This document shows positions 48,155 through 54,732 of a DNA stretch of 54,732 bases, in pieces. The notes under the pieces were generated by a model. The model saw only the letters and a program-made list of their open reading frames with translations, was not told the origin of the DNA and did no database searches. The position numbers and the translations under genes were made by a program. How positions within the stretch are numbered: position 1 is the stretch's first letter; the number at the start of each line of letters is the position of its first letter. Source of the stretch: Pseudovirgaria hyperparasitica (taxonomy: Eukaryota); NCBI GenBank assembly GCA_010093815.1, contig ML996565.1. One strand, 5' to 3'.

Positions 48155-51008
48155 ATGCGCTTGGACGTTAAGGTGTGTTACAATATCGACGGTGTCTCCT
48201 GTTCGCTGGATCTGAAGAATTCGAACTGATCAATCTCTCAACTGTAGAGACAACTGTTCGCGCGATCCGAGAGAGTCAAAGGCATAGACTTTCACCCCAC
48301 GGAACCATGGGTAAGCACACACTTCATGGCCGTTCTGCATGTCGGGCTAATAGACTGTAGATCCTTACGACACTATATAGTGGTACGTTTGGAGGCGCTC
48401 TGGAGCGATGCATATACGGAAACAGTGGAAGCTAAATGCTACAGGACATGTGTATATCTGGTCGTACGAAACGCAGGTAAGAACCGATGGCGCTCAGGGG
48501 ATATGAGAGTCACATTGACACTTCTCAGGCTATTGTCAAAACTTTCGAACTCACCGATGTACCGGTGCGAGCTGGTCGCTTCATTGCGCGAAAGAATTGG
48601 ATAGTATGCGGTTCCGACGATTTTCAGCTCCGCGTATACAACTACAACACCTCAGAGAAGATCACCTCGTTCGAAGCACATCCCGACTATATCCGTGCAA
48701 TAGTAGTCCATCCCTCACAGCCATTTGTGCTCACTGCCTCCGATGATATGACCATCAAGCTCTGGGATTGGGATAAGAGTTGGAAGTGTGTACAGGTGTT
48801 CGAAGGACACAGCCATTACGTTATGGGCCTAGCCATAAACCCAAAGGACACCAACACATTTGCGTCGGCATGTTTGGACAGGACGGTCAAGATCTGGAGC
48901 CTGGGTTCAAGCACGCCAAACTTTACTCTGGAAGCACATGAGACCAAGGGCGTAAACCATGTCGACTACTATCCTCAATCTGACAAGCCTTACCTCTTGA
49001 CAACTTCTGACGACCGCACGGTGAAGATCTGGGACTATACTACTAAGGCCTTGATTGCAACACTGGAGGGGCATTCTAGCAATGTTTCATTTGCTTGTTA
49101 CCACCCAGAGCTGCCCGTGATTATTTCCGGTTCCGAGGATGGCACCGTCAAGATATGGCACGCAAATACCTACCGTCTGGAACAATCTTTGAATTATGGC
49201 CTAGAAAGAGCTTGGTGTGTGAGTTATCAAAGAGGAAAGCAAGGTATTGCGGTCGGATTTGACGATGGTGCGGTCGTCGTAAAAATGGGTCGTGAGGAGC
49301 CGGCTGTATCGATGGATAGCTCAGGCAAGCTGATCTGGGCGAAGCACACCGAAATCCTGTCCTCGGTGATCAAGGGAACAGATAAGAGCCTCAAAGATGG
49401 CGACCGTCTCACTATCCCCTCCAAGGACCTCGGATCAACTGAGATCTACCCCCAATCCCTTCTCCACTCTCCCAATGGAAGATTTGTTGCTGTTTGTGGG
49501 GATGGTGAGTATATCATCTACACAGCCCTTGCGCTGCGCAATCAAGCTTTTGGATCTGCCCTAGACTTTGCCTGGGCCTCCAAAGAGAATGACAAGGATT
49601 ATGCTATCAGAGAATCGCCGACTAGTGTCAAGATTTTCCGCAACTTCAAGGAGCGAAGCACGGGATTAAACGTCACATTCTCTGCCGACGGCTTGAGTGG
49701 GGGCATTCTTCTTGGTGTGAAGGGTGCCGGAGGTATCAGTCTTTATGACTGGGAGTCTGGCCAGCTCGTACGAAGAATAGAGGTTGATCCACGAAATGTC
49801 TACTGGTCCGAGAGCGGAGAGCTAGTGACACTTGCTTGTGACGATAACTACTACGTCCTCCGATTCTCGAGGGAAGCTTACATTGCCGGCTACAACGCTG
49901 GCGAGGCGGATGATGAAGGCGTAGAGTCGGCCTTCGAGGTCATTGCAGAGGTCTCCGAGACGTAAGTTTTATTGTGATCTAGACTATCCCACCGCAACTA
50001 ATATGTTACAGTGTGCGCACCGGTCAATGGGTTGGCGACTGCTTCGTCTACACAAACAGTACTAACCGTCTGAATTACCTTGTGGGCGATCAAACTTACA
50101 CTATTTCACACTTCGACGATGCTATGTATGTTCTTGGCTATTTACCTCGTGACGGCCGGATATACATTGCCGATAAAGACGTAAATGTGGCTTCCTACGC
50201 CCTCTCGCTCTCAGTTGTCGAGTATCAAACGCTTGTCCTCCGTGGTGAGCTCGAGGCGGCCAACGAAATGCTTCCGGATATTCCGAGTGATCAAAAGAAC
50301 AAGATTGCTCGCTTCCTTGAAGGCCAAGGCTATAAAGAGCTTGCACTTGAGGTAGCCACTGATTCTGAGCACCGATTCGATCTTGCCTTGTCACTTCAAC
50401 GTCTGGACGTCGCTCTCGAGCTTGCACGTGAAGCCAACGTAGAGCACAAGTGGAAGACGGTCGGCGATGCCGCGCTTACAGGGTGGGACGTCGCACTCGC
50501 ATCTGAATGTTTCACGAATGCGAAAGATCTTGGATCGCTACTGCTTCTTCATACCGCAACATCAAACGTTGAAGGACTGCGCGCGCTTGCTGAGCAAGCA
50601 GATTCAGCATCCGCCAACAACGTTGCCTTCTCCTGTCTCTGGCAGATTGGCGATCTCGACGGCTGCATCGATCTACTGATCCGCACGAAGCGTATCGCGG
50701 AAGCGGTGATGTTTGCGCAGACATACAAGCCGAGTAGAGCTGCTTCGCTTGTCAAGACATGGAAGGAGGGACTAGAGAAAGATGGCAAGGCGAAGGTGGC
50801 ACGCCTGCTGGGAGTACCACCGTCGAGTGAAGAAGGGGAGGGAGACGAGGAGATGTTCCCGGAATGGGACGAGTGGTTGAGACTGGAAAAAGAGGGCGGT
50901 ACGGCTGTGGATGTTGTCCCTGAGGATGATGGCGAACTTGACGACGCAGAGGTTGCTGTTGATGCTGGAGAGGTGGAGGAGGAAGAGGATGCAGAGGCGG
51001 AGGAGTAG
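48155..51008 (+). CDS. SEC27: Coatomer subunit beta' (COPI), multi-exon with 5' mini-exons
   Basis: [27 protein letters not shown], WD40 repeats (FEAHPDYIR, FEGHSHYVM), GREEPAVSMD, acidic C-terminal tail. Confidence 0.96.
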
Positions 51009-51567
51009 GCATGCAGTAAAATAGTCTTCGTCATCCCTCGTCCTAGAACTCGCACATGAACGAGATAAATATGATGATGATAATAATATCATCATAAATA
51101 TAGGCCAAGGTATACTTGACATTTGATGCCATAATGGTTAGACGCGGAGGTCATGCCGGCGCAGGGGGTCGTTGATAGACCCAGAAAGTGAATCATCCAT
51201 TCTCTCGAGCTAATGCCTCATAACTTCTAGCATGATTCAAGAGTAATGAGCATTTTTCAAGAAGTAGACTTCAGATGAATGTAGATGAAGAGATGCGAAC
51301 TAGGTATTGTACGTTGGAGGCCACTTTATCTCTTTTTAGAGGCCAAATCCACCGTCGGCGGCTAAGAAGCGCTGACTTCAATCCCTCCCAATCCAGATCG
51401 GATGGATGAGGTGCTGATCCAGAATCGCGTAAATCGCATCTTTTAGCATTACAGCTTCAGTCCATCTTCTCTACAGCTTTGAGCTTCATGGAAAGACTTC
51501 CAGGCCACTTGGGGCTTTATAGGATACGCTCGGTACTTCTGAGCGATTTGCAAGGCTGATTTCTTCA

Positions 51568-53751
51568 ATGCGGGCAACCCCTCCTGTAGCCCTCGCTTTC
51601 AAGTACAGCAAACTGTCAAGCACCGCATCATCCATTCGTCTGCTTGAACTGGTTCCATCTGTTAGCAATCGCATCAATAGTACTCTCAAGGAGTTCAGAC
51701 TGAATGAAGCACCCTCCTTCAACGCCCTTAGCTATACATGGGGCTCTCCTCTGACGCATCTCTCGGCGTCGTCTTCGCTTCTGCAACAAATCAAAGCCAG
51801 AGACGGAAGTCGAAATTGGCCTATCGCAAACACCGACAGTGCTGATATAGGGCACGAAGACGTCCATCACAAACGATCCAACTCGATTACTTGCGATGGA
51901 GCTGCGCTACCGGTGACGACAAACCTCCGGGATGCCCTGCTAATGCTACAGAAGACCGATCTGGAAAATGCAACGGCATCTGATACCAAGTACATCTGGA
52001 TTGATGCCATTTGTGTCAATCAAAATGACATTGCAGAGCGTAACGATCAGGTCTCGCTCATGTCTGACATCTTCCGATCAGCGCACTCAGTCGTTGTCTG
52101 GCTTGGTCCTGAGGATGAATTTACCGCGGACGCTCTCAAAGTCCTGGAGACGATAGGCTCGCTACCTGAGGATGCGGGTGAGTCTGCTGAGGAAGATTAC
52201 ACGCGTCTGTTTGATGGAGACAACTGCGCGACATATGCACGACTCGGAATCTCTCCACTAAAATATCATCACTGGCTTGGCTTTCTCGCTTTCATCAATC
52301 GGCCATGGTTCGAAAGAGCGTGGGTAGTGCAGGAGCTAGCTTTGGCAAATGCTGCCACCGTAATCTGTGGCAAGCATCGCATCCCTTGGAGATGGATGTC
52401 GCGGACTCTCAGATTCATCCAGACCACGCGATGGTACCACCACCTATCCTCAGCTAAGCTGCGCCATGTACAAGAGCTCCGTGACCATTCCGGTATCTAT
52501 CACGAGCTCCTTCAATCAGACATTTCCATAAAGATGACAGCATTGTATCTGGATAGGACACGGATGAGAGTGGCCGATTCTCAGAGGCCGCGCGGGGATC
52601 AGCCCCCGAAGAATGGCCTTCCGTTGCGCACACTGATCGAGACACACAGGTTCACGAAGACGACGGACGCTCGTGACAAAGTCTACGCACTCCTTGGACT
52701 TGCGGATCAGAATGGAGCACCGTTCAAGTCGTTGTCCGAAGAGGACACGATCAGAGCTGATTACAATCTGTCGACTCAGCAGCTATACTTGGACACCACG
52801 CGGGCGTTTTTACTATCGTCACGTAACCTAGGCTTCATGTCCAACGTGCAAGACCCCAGTCAAACCGTAACGGAAGGTTTACCTTCGTGGGTCCCCGACT
52901 TCAGCGTGGAGCAGCAACCATACCCGCTCATGTTTCGAGGGTTTCCCCGGTGGAGGGCTAACGGTCGGGGAGGGCCCAGATGGGAACCTGACGCTTCTGC
53001 TATGCGAGATGGCCTACTCCGTGTCCAGGGTATCTGCATCGACCGCGTTGCCAGCGTTGTCAAACTGCAGAACGAATGCGACAACCCGTCGGAATTCTGG
53101 TCCGACATCGTCAAAGTAGCATCAGAGCTCAACGACCGATGCCCAATCTCCTACTTTAGCGGGTTCCATCCCTCACGAGTCGAAGTCCTCTGGCGCACGC
53201 TCATGACGAACACATATCAGCGAAAGTGCCCTGCGCCATCGTCTTGCGGGGAGCTCTTCATCGACTACATTCTTAACCTGCAGATCCGACATTCCCTCAG
53301 CCCGTGGTCGATCGAGGTCGATTTCCAGCCTCACCAGGCCCATGTCGCCGAGGACATCGTCCCGCAATGGCACACATTGCTCGCTGCCGAGCCCGAAGAC
53401 TCGCCCTACGGCCTGGCGCTGTACAAAGAACGCTTCTCCGAGATCGTCGGCAGGATGTTCAAGGGCGGATACAACCCCGTGCGACTGTCGCAGCTACACC
53501 ACGAGCTGGAGAATTCGTCTGGTAGCGTGCGGAGGGTGTTTAGGACTCAGTCACAGCTGTTGGGGACGGGGGCGCGGTCGCTGCAGGCAGGCGACGAGAT
53601 CTGGATCTTGAGGGGTGCTTCGGTGCCTTTTGTGCTGCGGAGGATGGCGAATGGGCGTTATAGACTTGTTGGCGAGGCGTATGTTCATGGCGTTATGGTG
53701 GGGAAGGCTCTGACGATGGGCTTTGAGGTGCAGGAGATTGTGATTGAGTGA
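51568..53751 (+). CDS. HET-domain (heterokaryon incompatibility, HET-6-like) protein
   Basis: IRLLEL, FNALSYTWG, WIDAICVNQND..ERNDQVSLMSDIFRSA..VVVWLG, WFERAWVVQE, TDARDKVYALLGL, LPSWVPDF, C-terminal GDEIWIL.GASVPFVLR...LVGEAYVHGVM. Confidence 0.92.
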   Translation: MRATPPVALAFKYSKLSSTASSIRLLELVPSVSNRINSTLKEFRLNEAPSFNALSYTWGSPLTHLSASSSLLQQIKARDGSRNWPIANTDSADIGHEDVHHKRSNSITCDGAALPVTTNLRDALLMLQKTDLENATASDTKYIWIDAICVNQNDIAERNDQVSLMSDIFRSAHSVVVWLGPEDEFTADALKVLETIGSLPEDAGESAEEDYTRLFDGDNCATYARLGISPLKYHHWLGFLAFINRPWFERAWVVQELALANAATVICGKHRIPWRWMSRTLRFIQTTRWYHHLSSAKLRHVQELRDHSGIYHELLQSDISIKMTALYLDRTRMRVADSQRPRGDQPPKNGLPLRTLIETHRFTKTTDARDKVYALLGLADQNGAPFKSLSEEDTIRADYNLSTQQLYLDTTRAFLLSSRNLGFMSNVQDPSQTVTEGLPSWVPDFSVEQQPYPLMFRGFPRWRANGRGGPRWEPDASAMRDGLLRVQGICIDRVASVVKLQNECDNPSEFWSDIVKVASELNDRCPISYFSGFHPSRVEVLWRTLMTNTYQRKCPAPSSCGELFIDYILNLQIRHSLSPWSIEVDFQPHQAHVAEDIVPQWHTLLAAEPEDSPYGLALYKERFSEIVGRMFKGGYNPVRLSQLHHELENSSGSVRRVFRTQSQLLGTGARSLQAGDEIWILRGASVPFVLRRMANGRYRLVGEAYVHGVMVGKALTMGFEVQEIVIE

Positions 53752-53874
53752 CTGACTGCGTAGCATTGTGCGTTTTGATTTGGTCATTGAGTCGTTTATG
53801 GCATGAAAGGAATGAGATTATGAAAGAGGCTCGGGATGGCTTATATGGCAATGTAACTGCGCTTTTACTATGTG

Positions 53875-54732
53875 CCTATTATTATAAGTAGAAAGTAGAC
53901 GTAATTGAGGTCATTAAATATATTCTATAATTATATATAGAGAACTAAGTTCTAGGAGACAGAGTTAAAGCTATTTAACCGTTTAGACACTAGTCCCGTT
54001 TAGGAAGTAGTATCTCTTACTTAAAGTACCTTCCGATAACACTCCCCTATACTAAGTATATATATATATACTTAGTAATATTAGAATAAAAGAAAGCTTA
54101 AAGTAAGTAATTATAAGAATAGGGTTATTAGATAGTAGTATAGTTAGATAGAATAATAGAGTGTATTCTATTATAGAATAAATTACTACTAAACCCTTTT
54201 AGTAGGAATCTAAGAGTATATATATAAAGGGACGCCGATCTATCTAGTATATAACTATTTACCGCCCTTTATATTACCTTCTAACCCTATTAGCTAAGGT
54301 ATATATAGATCGGGTTCTATCTAAGGCTAAGTTCTAATAATTATCCCTTCTCTCTAGAAAGCTACCCTTAGTAATCTAGATCGTTATCTATCTCTATATC
54401 CCTATTCTAAGTCTTATAAGATCTTAGTCGTTCTCTACGCTTCGTCTTAGATACTTACTAATATTTACTAATCTAAGATTTATATAAGCGTTTTCCTAAT
54501 AAACTAGATTTTATCTATCTTAACTTCTTATATAGGTAAGATTACCTAATTAGGCCTAGCGTATCACGTAATATAATTAGGTAAGTCTAGGTACTACCTA
54601 TATTAAAATCTTTTCTTAGAAATATTTCTTTCTTTAAAAAACTTCTTAACTCTTTATAGAGTTTTTTAGATTATTAGGTATATTACCCGATCCTTATAGA
54701 TATAGATTTATATAGATTTACTATAATTTAGT
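53875..54732. mobile_element. AT-rich RIP-mutated repeat/transposon relic (family not recognisable), runs off the window end
   Basis: Abrupt switch to very AT-rich DNA with abundant TpA, near absence of CpA/TpG and no ORFs, which is the repeat-induced point mutation signature. Confidence 0.8.

Noticed and set aside
50549..51055. Ser-rich minus-strand ORF
   Set aside because: Antisense of the acidic SEC27 tail

Overview
Fungal (Pezizomycotina, probably Dothideomycete-like; inferred) genomic window with about 19 protein genes, most with short spliceosomal introns. Left part (1-24 kb) is accessory/metabolic. It holds the 3' half of an ATRR-type NRPS-like glycine-betaine reductase, an ACT-family amino acid/choline permease and an unknown secreted tandem-repeat protein. 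It also holds a candidate secondary-metabolite locus: a SAM methyltransferase, a highly reducing PKS (KS-AT-DH-cMT-ER-KR-ACP, ER apparently degenerate), a PTH11/SAT4-like membrane protein and an intronless egghead/BRE-3-like GT2 glycosyltransferase. Middle (24-51 kb) is compact core genome: HRQ1, TDP1, PRO1, TIM21, MSP1, GH35 beta-galactosidase, NOT2, MRPL47/uL29m, GDI1, a hypothetical protein and SEC27. Right end has a HET-domain gene abutting a RIP-degraded AT-rich repeat. Best leads: (i) the HR-PKS plus egghead-like glycosyltransferase locus, a possible glycosylated polyketide/glycolipid pathway; (ii) an ORF-less, strongly base-paired element at about 35.30-35.49 kb that may be an unannotated structured ncRNA; (iii) the secreted N-D-W repeat protein. 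All calls come from reading motifs by eye; no searches were run.
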